Positions 10,501 to 19,533 of a DNA stretch of 64,000 bases are shown here, piece by piece. The translations under genes and the position numbers were made by a program. Origin of the DNA: Mantamonas sphyraenae STR306. Lineage: Eukaryota > Protista > CRuMs. The stretch is from positions 1 to 64,000 of the forward strand of contig JAPMXV010000075.1 in NCBI GenBank assembly GCA_026936335.1, given 5' to 3'. Under the pieces are notes generated by a model. The model worked only from the letters and a program-made list of their open reading frames with translations. It ran no database searches and was not told where the DNA came from. How positions within the stretch are numbered: position 1 is the stretch's first letter; the number at the start of each line of letters is the position of its first letter.

Positions 10501-13314
10501 GTTGTGGCCACCATCGTGCGCAAGGCCAACCTGGCCCGCTCGCGAACCTCCTCCACAAACGACGTGGAGGCAATCGACGACCTGCTTCACAATGGTTCGG
10601 CATCCGAGGTCGTCCAGCACCTTTCCAACGCCCTGGACTGCATGCCTCTTCCGTACGTACAGTACGCGTACTTTGTGCACCTTGTGTCGCCACACCACGC
10701 CATGTCCAGTGTGCAGGAGGCCATCTCCAACGACCTCGTCCACGGCACGGATTCCACTGGGCTTCGCTTGGCCTGGGTCACTCCTGAGCATTCCATGGGC
10801 CCTCCGAGTCCACACCTGCTCCATGTGCTCGCCAGCAAGTTGCAGGGGGCGACCCGAAACCCCCTCACTGAGCAAGATCTCCGTGCTATTTTCAACGCAT
10901 TCTCCTCCCCCTCCTCATCATCATCCTCATCCTCATCCTCATCCTCATCCTCCACATACCCTTCTCGCTCCTCCTCGAGCCCCGAGCCCCCCGCCTCCCC
11001 ACCCACGCGCCGCTCCTCCCACGCCACCGGTGGTGTGTGGGAGGTTCAAAAACTGCGTGACTCGTGCAACGACCACGAATACGCCGTTCTGATCGAGCAC
11101 ATGCGTGCGACGGCACACAAACACAACGCAGAGCGCCATGCGAGCCATCACGCCAAACAACTGCGCACACCTACCCTACCCATGCTCCTGCGACATATCC
11201 TTCTGGCGCTGGACGGCCAGGCGATCCCTTCCATCGAGCTGATGCACTTTGCCCTTCTCCTGCGGCCCCACTGTGACCTTAAGGAGGCCAACGAGACAAT
11301 TCCCACCGTCTTTATCGTCGTGCCCACCGTCCACGGTCTCCGCCTCGTCCGAGAACCTTTTCCGGACAGGTATCCCATGCCCATGTATGGCCTCCTGCAT
11401 CTCCTCATCGACGCTTTGGGTCGCAACCAGCGGTACGTCCGCCCGACCTCCTTCGACGCCCTCGTTGCGCTGCAGGCACAACAGAACGAGCGCGGAATGA
11501 CACGAGACGCTGGACGGTGGTCACCCAACGTCACCAGCCATGAGTGGTCCCTCGTGTCCAAGGAGCGTGACTGCTGCTCGCTGGAAGAGTACGAATCTCT
11601 CGTGCGCTACATCCGCCGTGTCACAGAGCTGCATCCCATGGACACCATCACTGGCCCTGAGCGAAGGGCAGCCGAGCACCTCGTGCACACCGGCACCATG
11701 GCAGACATCATGCGCCAGATCTCCATGGTCCTCGAGTGCACGCCCATCCCTCCCGTCGAGATGTGTTTCTTCACCTGGCTCTTTCGCACCAGCGTCGACA
11801 CCCACGTCAGCAAGCCTGCCTGCCAGGTTCTCTTCTGCACAGGGGTCACTGACGACGACTTGCGTGTCGTCTGGCTCGAGTCCCCGTCCCGCTTCGGACG
11901 CCCCCTGTACCACTTGGCACACTCTCTACTGTACATGATCACCCAGATGCGCCGTCACCCTGTCAGCTACGAAGACCTCACCCTGCTCAAGATCGATTTT
12001 GCGCGATCACAACCCGCGCTCTCCTCACCGCCTTCCAATCACGACGCATCCTCCTCCTCCTCCACGACTACAACCACCGCCACAAAGATGCCCTCTCCCC
12101 GGCGCAAGAAGAGGCCATTCAAGCTGGACAAGAGCCTTCTCCTCTACGACGAGTGCCGCTATCCCAAGTTTATTCCCCCGGAGTATGTCCACACCCTCAT
12201 GGTGGACACTGCAGAAGCAATCTTGCACAAGTACCCGTCCAAACATGCCACAAACGCCGATCGCCAACGCCTTGACGCATTGATCAATGGCAAAGTGGCC
12301 AATTTGGCAGACGCCATTGCCCTTCTCCTGGGTGGCCAAGACGTGTGCATTCCTGTGATCAACATCTGCCACTTTGTGTCCATCCTTCGTCTCCGCAAGG
12401 GCAAAAAGAAGGTAGTTGTCGGTCCCCGCGGCACCATGAGCAACTTTCAGCTGTGCACCACCAAGCCCTATGGCAGGAAACGTGCTTCAGTCCCGCTTGC
12501 GGCAAGCGAGGGTCGCCTGGACATGGACAAAACCGAACAGCAAACTCCGTTGTACCTGCTCGCGCAGGAGATTGTGGACGTTGCCAAGATGTTCCCTGGG
12601 CCGCCCAGCGCGGTTGCGGAGATGCCGGTGAAGCCGCTTCGTCGGCCGCAGCAAGTGCAGGTGCCTCACTGGCTTGAGTTTGTCGCAGACTTGGAAAAGC
12701 AACCCAAGAAGCAGTACTGGTCCAACGACACACGGTTTGAGTGGACCAGCATCGAGTACCGCTCCTTCATGGCATTCGCGGTGGAGGTTGCTTCCGCCCA
12801 CCCTCTACGCAACCTCCACCACGAGCACAAGGACGTTCTGGACATGTTTGACTGTTCCGAGAACGTCAATACCCTCGTGACCAACCTGTGCCTGTTGTTC
12901 ACAGGCACCCCGGTGCCAGCCATCGCCATTTGCACTCTGGCTCGTCTCCTCGTGCCCGAACACTCCTGTGATGTGTTGATGCGTGCCATCGCACGCACTC
13001 TGTCCACCCAAATGACTTTGGGCAAACTCAGGGTCTGTGTCCCCTACTCGCTGCATATGCATCCATCGCCCCTCTACACAGTCCTGCACATTGCCCTCTC
13101 CCGCACCAAGTACCTGTCGCTCTTCCCCAGGAACAGCCACTTTGTCGACTCCATTCGATCCGTGGCCATTACGTCCCCCGAGCAGGTCATTGCAGTGCTG
13201 ACCAAGAAGAACTCAGGCACAAAACGTGCCCGTGACGATGATGACGATGATGACGACGACGACGACGACGACGACGAATTCTCCAACAGCAAGCGACAAC
13301 GCGTTTCCCATTAG
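4513..13314 (+). CDS. Giant (~2900 aa) subtelomeric protein with ~16 copies of the same uncharacterised domain, poly-Ser/Thr linkers, acidic + KRQR C-terminus
   Basis: Uninterrupted ORF 3673-13314; likely start is ATG 4513 (MDLETP), although upstream exons are possible. Recurrent pattern W-x-P...R...E(Y/F)xxLxxHI...HP...IxxALxNxPLPxxExxxFVxxLxP...T-xx-(G/N)L(R/K)L...(P/Y)xIxHxLL. Ends in DDDD...SKRQRVSH. Confidence 0.85.
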   Translation: MDLETPVNTSRRAARRRPTSSSGGTGLWKPTTSDFPADGDDTRTTRSVAYADEHHAITNLVHALAESNPLPTLSEDQLHRAKLASSPTGMHNTIKRVLLALGNPPLPAFHICLFACLVTPDYDPQAVNTALGSFAHSLHYGVSDSGLRLMWLKENHTDDDEEEDPVAYSYILHLLDSSLQDLSEQPQEIDDIKRLLSTRSNWAPAISTEGSWPRYSGRNHCDQAEYVELVAYVHDLADKHRGTDIDDAVPANLSVRSLLRHVFVAVGNVPLPPFEAALFACIIQPDVEPQQCRNRLSDMLVRGVTDTDLKVGYLSWEHVSSTPFIPAILKELDDRLTSSTSPPTTLEEISDMVSSTSVTPDNPSSDMVIEDTVGVAAAPWLLSPPPESGWPKKGPREHCNPDEYRSLCAHIQRIASAQQPTYADYEALADDIPNHGALGLMRLVFVALNFTPLPPLELSLFVRMLNPAYTTQRIRKSAVIGVHGVFKNHLKLAWAVPKDEDTFYPAIVHRIAHCLSMIEDQIVTFEDADSAVFGHLTDSAAEIHAEISTSPSTMPTWPPKHTPAFSRSLRKAANESELQALTAHIRRITIDHPVTWNELRFLFHMFDGSTVHDVVAAIFVSLENVPLPHGTLEHFVQILGPEFNPTTFRNFITGNLIQHATDDGLLLYTYPAAADEAEFSPGIAHTLLRRLSVAPSSSAETTDDRDDSVVRVDDSDDGMDIQDSPTASTAIWPPTVFDMGIYSPRKMRSKVTPGEFAALKSYIRGITLAHPVSQAQLDELPDMAEGSMVEEIVAAIYVALDNTPLPLFELARFVHILDPTVRPTDMSIISKQALKPVRTLDNLRLFTMPDAHMHADGIPAIAHYLLAHLERVDRPCASLDSANAHTTASATSSSTSSSSSSSSSSTTITTTTTTSTSSSSSSVPPTWPPEHQPFSKRTGILTLRKAANDAELQAITAHIRRITIAHPVTQEQLDDLPDLIDGCTLRIVVAAIFVALDNIPLSSRELQQFVHVLAPIFKPKTVQRFASDYLRGTATDDGLLLYSFPTAKQEADFYPSIAHTLLKHLSRHVPTVKDEMDAQRSAPNPPAWPPALTDLFNRASNARTAVADAEFAALTDHIRRITLAHPVSQAQLDELPGMVDGTIVHDIVAAIYVALDYTPLPLFELARFVHMLDPTVRPTDLSNFSKQHLQRVSTIDNLRLYTMPDAHKHADFIPAIAHHLLARLAHVDGPCTKLASAAATPSTQPITNTPGASAYWPPNHSPLDAQGDSVSLRSAVTPDELKSLLDHVRHVAKAHPVSAADFSELPDLVYGSDLQEVALAISLALGNVPLPLIEHIRFVCMICPQTNSQYMSYFIKHEFDAFVTDDNLVLYHPPNDAATEVHYTPAIAHHILAHLQHVDGPATVVARLSQLQFPTPAQPDLRAAPSSSSPSSSSSSSSSSSSTTTTTSSSHPLTWPPTLHPNNPNTAVRNPRMSANTAEFAALTDHIRRITLAHPVSQEQLDELPGMVDGTMVYDIVAAIYVALDNTPLPLFELARFVHMLDPTVPPADLSNFSKQYLKRVTSTDGLRLYTMPGAHRHVAFTPAIAHHLLAHLEHVDGPCTTLASASTHDVVTPTATITTPVWSPTITETTDTLNDIRHARVLLTAEEREQVAALIDSMANANVPTHADYLNYNDLCANTDHAVIHQSVFNAVNNTPLPDRYHLFFCLTINSTIRPKQLVNHMKTHCRFGWTDSGIGVAMPRTSSRDHFNPVVAYRLRDVLASTTPPESRARETLQALDLHRLPPHPAPSTHPVREDDTTHLAVWTPVMASTKPTAPRFTLTSLERTQVRNYIDRVAATMRNPTDEDYELYASIKIARVAFDTIFGSLGNLPTLVVILFASFFLQRAPTSLKNLMETYVNLSYTASALQVASLKRPKPECFNPVVVQRIKDCLDVLSEWPRGLSDVERVMNEHRAILPTPPQPNQRGSAQQLWSPTIHKQGWRGAERYCTPNEYKVVVATIVRKANLARSRTSSTNDVEAIDDLLHNGSASEVVQHLSNALDCMPLPYVQYAYFVHLVSPHHAMSSVQEAISNDLVHGTDSTGLRLAWVTPEHSMGPPSPHLLHVLASKLQGATRNPLTEQDLRAIFNAFSSPSSSSSSSSSSSSSSTYPSRSSSSPEPPASPPTRRSSHATGGVWEVQKLRDSCNDHEYAVLIEHMRATAHKHNAERHASHHAKQLRTPTLPMLLRHILLALDGQAIPSIELMHFALLLRPHCDLKEANETIPTVFIVVPTVHGLRLVREPFPDRYPMPMYGLLHLLIDALGRNQRYVRPTSFDALVALQAQQNERGMTRDAGRWSPNVTSHEWSLVSKERDCCSLEEYESLVRYIRRVTELHPMDTITGPERRAAEHLVHTGTMADIMRQISMVLECTPIPPVEMCFFTWLFRTSVDTHVSKPACQVLFCTGVTDDDLRVVWLESPSRFGRPLYHLAHSLLYMITQMRRHPVSYEDLTLLKIDFARSQPALSSPPSNHDASSSSSTTTTTATKMPSPRRKKRPFKLDKSLLLYDECRYPKFIPPEYVHTLMVDTAEAILHKYPSKHATNADRQRLDALINGKVANLADAIALLLGGQDVCIPVINICHFVSILRLRKGKKKVVVGPRGTMSNFQLCTTKPYGRKRASVPLAASEGRLDMDKTEQQTPLYLLAQEIVDVAKMFPGPPSAVAEMPVKPLRRPQQVQVPHWLEFVADLEKQPKKQYWSNDTRFEWTSIEYRSFMAFAVEVASAHPLRNLHHEHKDVLDMFDCSENVNTLVTNLCLLFTGTPVPAIAICTLARLLVPEHSCDVLMRAIARTLSTQMTLGKLRVCVPYSLHMHPSPLYTVLHIALSRTKYLSLFPRNSHFVDSIRSVAITSPEQVIAVLTKKNSGTKRARDDDDDDDDDDDDDDEFSNSKRQRVSH

Positions 13315-13315
13315 G

Positions 13316-13316
13316 A

Positions 13317-13350
<34 letters not shown>
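13316..13350. repeat. (CA)n(GA)n compound microsatellite between convergent genes
   Basis: acacacacacacacacacagagagagagagagag in the ~70-bp gap between two stop codons. Confidence 0.85.
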
Positions 13351-13384
13351 ACAGATGATCGTATCGCTGTACCGTGATTGTACT

Positions 13385-16300
13385 CTATGCTTTGTTCCCA
13401 CGCAAAGACCGCAGCTCAATCTCCGCGCCCTCTCCACCCTCGCCCACACCCACTCCCAACGCGTCCAGAAACACACGTCGTCCAGGCTCGTCTTCATGGC
13501 TCACCTTGAGCCAACGTGCCACCCGTTTGCCCCAACGGCGATCCACTGCCTCCAAGGCCTCCACGACCACTTCCCGCGGACCCTGGATTTTCTCCAATCC
13601 CTGCGCCGCCACCCACTCTCTGCACGCACGCATCTCCTCGCACCGCATGGCGATGACGCGTTGCCGCACAGACTTGAGCCGTGTCGCACGCACCATCTTC
13701 TCCAGTGTTTCCATCAGGCGCTCAAACTCGTCGCGTGTGCGTTCGTCCAGCGAAGACTCTTCAAACCGTGCACGCACGGCCCCCACCAGCTCAAACATCA
13801 CAAAGACCACGCAGGTAATCAGCACCATCACCAACACAATCAACGCAGTCCACTCCCACGCGTCCCCTGCGCCAGTATCGCTCCCGGTGACAAACACCAC
13901 ACCCAACATGAGCACAAGGACACTCAATGCAAGCAGAGTGGCCTCGAGTTGGTTTGCAGCTGCGCTTTGGTACGGATCAAAGCGCAGCTGAAGGATGGCT
14001 GCACCCATGAGCACCACCATCCCCAGCAACGCCTGCAACGCAGGGCGCGACGTGGCAAACAGTTGCACAGCGACCACCATGCCCTTGCGCAGCATCACCA
14101 CCGATTCGTACCAATAGAATTTGGTCGCAAACTTGCTGAAACTCGTGGAGAACTTCTCCTGGAACGCCGCGCGCTCTCGCGCAGCCAAACTGCGAGCACT
14201 CATCAACACAGCAAGGATCGCTAGTGGGATGCCCAGCACGTACAGGACGGCAAACACAGAGGCTGCTGGCATAAGACGTGCCTGGAGGCCCGTGTCCTGC
14301 CAGCATCGTTCGTCCGGAAGCTTGTCCAGCACAAACAGACCCGGGGCAATCTCGGTGCAGTCAAACACGGACAGCACCGTTGCGCACAGCGGAATGTACA
14401 ACAGAGTGACAGTGAGCACCATTTCGTTGACCACATAGCGTAGCACTTGCTGGTCGACCACTTCCGCCTCCACAAACAGTCGAGAGAGCTGGTGCCTGGC
14501 CATCGACAGGGCGAACGACACTTCGGTGCTCCCGGACGGCTCGGAACAAAACGCAGGGTGGGCCTGACGGAATCGCTCGCCATAGATGCGCACAAGGTTG
14601 GCATGGAGGAACTGCAGGATGGTGCGCACAACGATGCCACAGAAAACCAGCAACGGAAGTGCCATGACCACGTAAAACACATCCTCGTTGGTCCAACCAC
14701 GGCACTCGGGAGCCACGGTCTGCAGGTCAAAGTTGGCCAGGGTCAGCCAACGCAGCGTGGACTCGACACGCTGGGGCCAGGCGAGTCTGTACGACGCAAA
14801 CGTCGCCAGCACCTGCAGGTGGTTGATGACCAGAGTGGTCACCTTGACACGGGCCACCCCTCGTGCCTGTCGTCGCACCCACTGCAGATAGGCCACAAAC
14901 AGAGCCAACAGCAGCAGCACCGAGCCTGCGTCTGCCCCTGCCTCCGGACACGCCTGACACGCCTCGCCCAGCTTGTACCATCCTTTCTTGCACACGCCAC
15001 ACAGACGTCCAGTGAACCCTTCGGCACAGGACGACTTTGCGCCTCCAAGACACGCTGCACGCGTGGCGCAGCGCACAAACGTCAGATCTTCGGTTTGGAA
15101 GAATCCCGCTTGGGCGTGCGGCGGTTCGCCGAGGCCAGGACACACGGCCCCCTCGGGACATGCAGTGCATGCTTGGCCAGGTTGGCCATAGAATTGGACA
15201 CGGCACACACAGTCGAGGGTGGACCGTGCTGTGCCTATGGACGGGGGCACAAACGAGTTGAGAGGACACAGGATCTGTTGGCTGAGCACCTCCAGGGTGG
15301 ACGCAGCAGATGTGTTGTACCCCTGACCTCCATCAAGGCTCAGAGACACTTGGTAGTCGCCACGTGCAAGGGTGGACGGTGTTTCCACCTGTACTTCAGA
15401 GTCGGTGACGGATTGCGCCGCCAGGACGACCGATCCCAGACGCACGACGACTGAGCCCGTGTCGACAAACCCCGACCCCAACACACGCAGGGTGACACGC
15501 ACCCCAGGGGCCACCTGGGTGGGTTCCACACGAAGAACCGTGGGGAAGGACACCAGTCTCACAGACATCCCCGTGGCCACATACTGTTGCCCATTGTTGG
15601 CAAAGGTCAATTGCAACGCAGAGGCGGTGCCAGTGTAGCTTGGCACGCGTACACGCACGCCTCCGCCCACGGGTGTCACTCCGACGTTCGCCGTCCAGCC
15701 CAGACCATCCAACACCCGCATGCTCATTTCTGTTGCAGGCACGTTGGCATAGCTGCCCACAAGCACTACCTCCGTTCCTCCTGTCCTGTACACCGCCGCA
15801 GGCGAGATTCCTGTCCACGCCGGTGTGGCGTAGCGAGTGAACACGCCGGCGAGCACAAACGACGCGCCGTCGTTGCTGCTCACCTGCACCTGAACCTGCC
15901 CCACCTCTGTGGGTGTGGGCGCTGCAAACGGCGTCGTCACACGGACCTCTGTCCCCTGCGTGCTGCTCGCGTTGGCCAGCAAGCTTGGTTGCTGGCCCAT
16001 TCTCACACGGAAGATGCCTTGACCCAGCAAGCCGCTGCCCACAATCCTCACCTGTGTGCCGCCTGTAACGGGTCCACTCGTTGGCTGCACTTGGTCCACA
16101 CGTGGCGCCACCACATCCATGATGTGGCTGCCGTATACTTGTTGGCCATTCAGACGCACCCCCACACGCACCTGAGACGCGGACAGACTCGGTGCTTCGC
16201 ATACCACCGTGGCACCTGCGTCTTCCACCCATGCGGGCACCGCGGTGGTGTCAAACATCACTTCCAGCTGATCGGTGGCCACAAACCCGTCGCCACGCAC

Positions 16301-19300
16301 GCGCACCTGCAACCTGCCACCGCTGCTTCGGTTTGTCGCCGATGGAAGCAAAGCAGGCAATGTTGTGGGCCACACAGAATCCACTCGCGGCTCCTGACTC
16401 ACATGCAGCCACGCTGCCTCGGTAGCGCCCGCGTCTTTGCCTCCGTTGCACGTCACGGTCACGCTGTGGTTGCCAACGGGCAGCACGGGCGTTTCGCATT
16501 GCACCTGCGTGGCACTGATGAACGTGGCTGCCACAGTGGCCAACTGGCCAAACTGACACTGCAGTTGGTTGCCAGTGTTGCGAAAAGCACGCCCCATCAC
16601 AGTCACCTGCGTGCCCCCAGTGATGGGTGCCCAGCGCGGCATGGACTTGTCCAAGCCAAACACAAACAACGACTGCCATTCACTCCACTGTTGCAAGTTC
16701 ATCGACACAGACACCGTCCACTCGCCCGTCAAGTTCACCGCCTTTGGCAGCGCAATCTCTGCACGAACAGCCGACACTCGCCGCCCCTGGAGAGGACCCA
16801 TCTCCACGCCGCCGCCACCACCACCGTTACCGTGGCGCAGTCGCATGTACACGGGCTCGCCTGTGTCATCAAATGCACGCAGTGCCTCAGGCTGAAGCAC
16901 GAGTGTGGCATTGTGATTTTCGGGAAACACGCCGTCCAGCACTTGCGGCTTTCCCGGGTCCGAGTACAGTGTCACTTGCAGTGCATTGGGATTGGCATTG
17001 TACGTGGAGTGACCAGCGGGTTGCACAAGCACAGTGATGGCCGAGACCTGTCCCAAAGGCGGGTTGAACACGGATTGTGTCTGCCGCACCAGCCGCACCT
17101 GCAGCACATATTCTTCCCCATCCAACACGTACTCAGCACTCCACTTGTTGAAACTATTGGACATGGAGATGGTGGGATTGGCGAGGTTGGCCAGCCAGCG
17201 CCCTCGCAGCGTCAACAACGTCGCCTTGGCTGGATCCTGCTCCAACACAGCCAATTTGGGCTCCAAACTGTCAAATGAGCTGTTGTAGCGATACATGGTG
17301 CCCGCCAGCTCCCAGTTTTGCCCATTCACGGCAATCCAAACGTTCTGAAGCCGTGCCCTGTCCACCGCGGGCAGGATGCACCACACTCCGCCGTCGTTTT
17401 GGTAAATGCCAGTCACCTCCTGCTCGTCGTACCTACAGCGCAGCTGACTTTGATCGTATGCCACAATGCCAGTGCCGTAGTACATGAGAAAACCTGCCAA
17501 CGTGCCGATGCTCGTTGCGTTTCGTGTCTGTCTGCTCCGATCCCAATGCACACGGTATGCCTGCACCACGGGCGCCTGCAACGGATAGCTGCCGTTCACG
17601 TCCATGTGCAGCGAGTATGTCCCCACGTGTGGCAACGGCGGTGTCACACATGTGGCACGGTGTGTTGTGCCGTTGACACGCGTGCATGCCAAGGTGTAGT
17701 CACCCACCGTGGAATTGCGCAACACAGCCTGCATGCCTGGCTGCCACGCACTCTCCACCGTCAGCACCGTGTTTCCAGTCACGTGCACGTACGTGGTCGA
17801 CGTGATGGCCGTGCGCGTAAAATTGCACTCGGTTGCACCCTCATGCAAGGCATACAAGGTCGCTGGACACGCTGTGCATGTCTGTGCCCCAAACATGTCA
17901 CTGAATGTGCCCACTGCACACAGTTTGCAATGCGGACCTGCTCCGTATCCGCTGGCATCCCACGTCGAATGCATCGATTGGCTGCCTGCGGTGCATGCGT
18001 CACGCACCACCGCCCCAAACATAGCCTGTTGGCCCGCCGCCGGCGTATTGGATCCACTCACCAACACTCCGTCCGTGCTTCCAAACACCATGGCCGTGTC
18101 GTCCGCGAGAACCGCCACGCAGGTGGATCGATCCCCACCCGAGCTGCCAAAACCACGCGCCCACATCACCGCCCCTGCTCCAGACACATTCACCTGTGCC
18201 ACAAACACATGGGAGCTGCCCTGTGCGCTCACGCCTTCAAAGGTCGACGCCGCCAATCCCGTCACCAACACACGCCCGCTTTCGCGTGTGTCCTCCGCCA
18301 CATCCAATGCCACTTCGTTTCCACTGCCTCCCATCGTTACTTGGCCCATCCATGTCCCGCTTCCAGCCGCAAACATCGCCACCCACATCTCCTGACCCTT
18401 GCCAGCGACGTATGCTTCGCCAACGGCCACCACCGTTTCCCCCACCAAGCTCATGCGATGAAACGCATCTTGGTTGTGCTTTTGCGACACGTACGACCAC
18501 ACGCGTGCTCCTGTGCTCCCATCCACAGCCATGACCCACGCATCTCGCGTCGACACCCCTGCATCGCTTCCTCCCACCGACGTCCCGTGCAGATTGCCCA
18601 CACTCAGCTCCCCGACGAGATACACACGACTGCAATCCCCGCTGGCGTGTGAATCCAACACAATCGTGTCGTTCGCATGGCTCACTCGCCACATCTCCAC
18701 TCCGTTGGCTGCAAATCTCCAAAGCTGCTGCGGCCGCGACTGCCCATTGTCCGTTTTGGCAGCCACAAAATAGTCCCCATTCGCACACATGGCCAGCGTT
18801 GCATGTGTGTCAAAGGTAGTCGAATCCACCAGCCGGATCCTGTGCACGCCAACAATGTCAGATCCTGCGTGGATTGTCATAACACAAATGCGCTCCAAAG
18901 CCAAACCTACCAGGCCGGTTCGCCCGTCTGTGCATCCAACTTTGCCACAAACGCGTCGTATCCTGCCGGTGTGGCACCCAGGAACGCTCCGTTGGTGTGT
19001 CCTGCCATGAAAAGCGAGCCGTTGTGGAAGCGTAACGCAGAACACACTTGAGAAAACGGCGCCTCAAACACGCGTCGACGCACAACTGAGCCATCCCGCT
19101 TCATCCACGTCAGTTGGATGTCGTACGAAGCCGGGTCGTTGGGTGTGCTTGTTTTGACACTGGCAAACACGACTGTGGAGGCGTCCACCGGAACCGAGCG
19201 CTGGTTTTCCACTGTCCCGGTCAGTGTTGGTCCATCCTGCTTGACCCACAATGCCCCCACATGTGCACACAGTAGCCATTGTACCAACAGCAGCAACACC

Positions 19301-19320
19301 GTCCACCTGTGCACGCCCAT
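13385..19320 (-). CDS. Large surface receptor-like protein: signal peptide, beta-propeller repeats, Cys-rich (GCC2/GCC3-like) modules, multiple IPT/TIG domains, C-terminal multipass membrane domain
   Basis: Exon 1 19320-18911 has the signal peptide MGVHRWTVLLLLVQWLLCAHVGA. Intron 18910-18840 (GTAGGT...CACAG) joins in frame to ORF 13385-19045. IPT motifs such as PTSGPVTGGTQVRIVGSG and APITGGTQVTVMGRAF; CxxCPxGxxC and GFTGRLCGVC motifs; then ~9-10 hydrophobic helices. Confidence 0.85.
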
Positions 19321-19533
19321 TGGCCTGAGATTTCAAAGAGGAAAAGTGTGGTTTCGCCAGTGGATGCCATCTGCCCAAGGCATGAACCCCCCACCAGCCA
19401 TCCTCCCCCCTCTTCCGTCATCCGCCTTCCATCTCACCAACCTTCCCCCTTTCCTCTCCCAGGTTCCGCCCCTCCCAGTCGGCAACTGCCCCACCACAAC
19501 CACCCCCACACACACACACGAACTAGTTTGAGA

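Noticed and set aside
437-13314. Telomere-associated retrotransposon or helicase (TART/SART/Y'-like)
   Set aside because: No reverse transcriptase, endonuclease, gag zinc-knuckle or Walker motifs are visible in either ORF.
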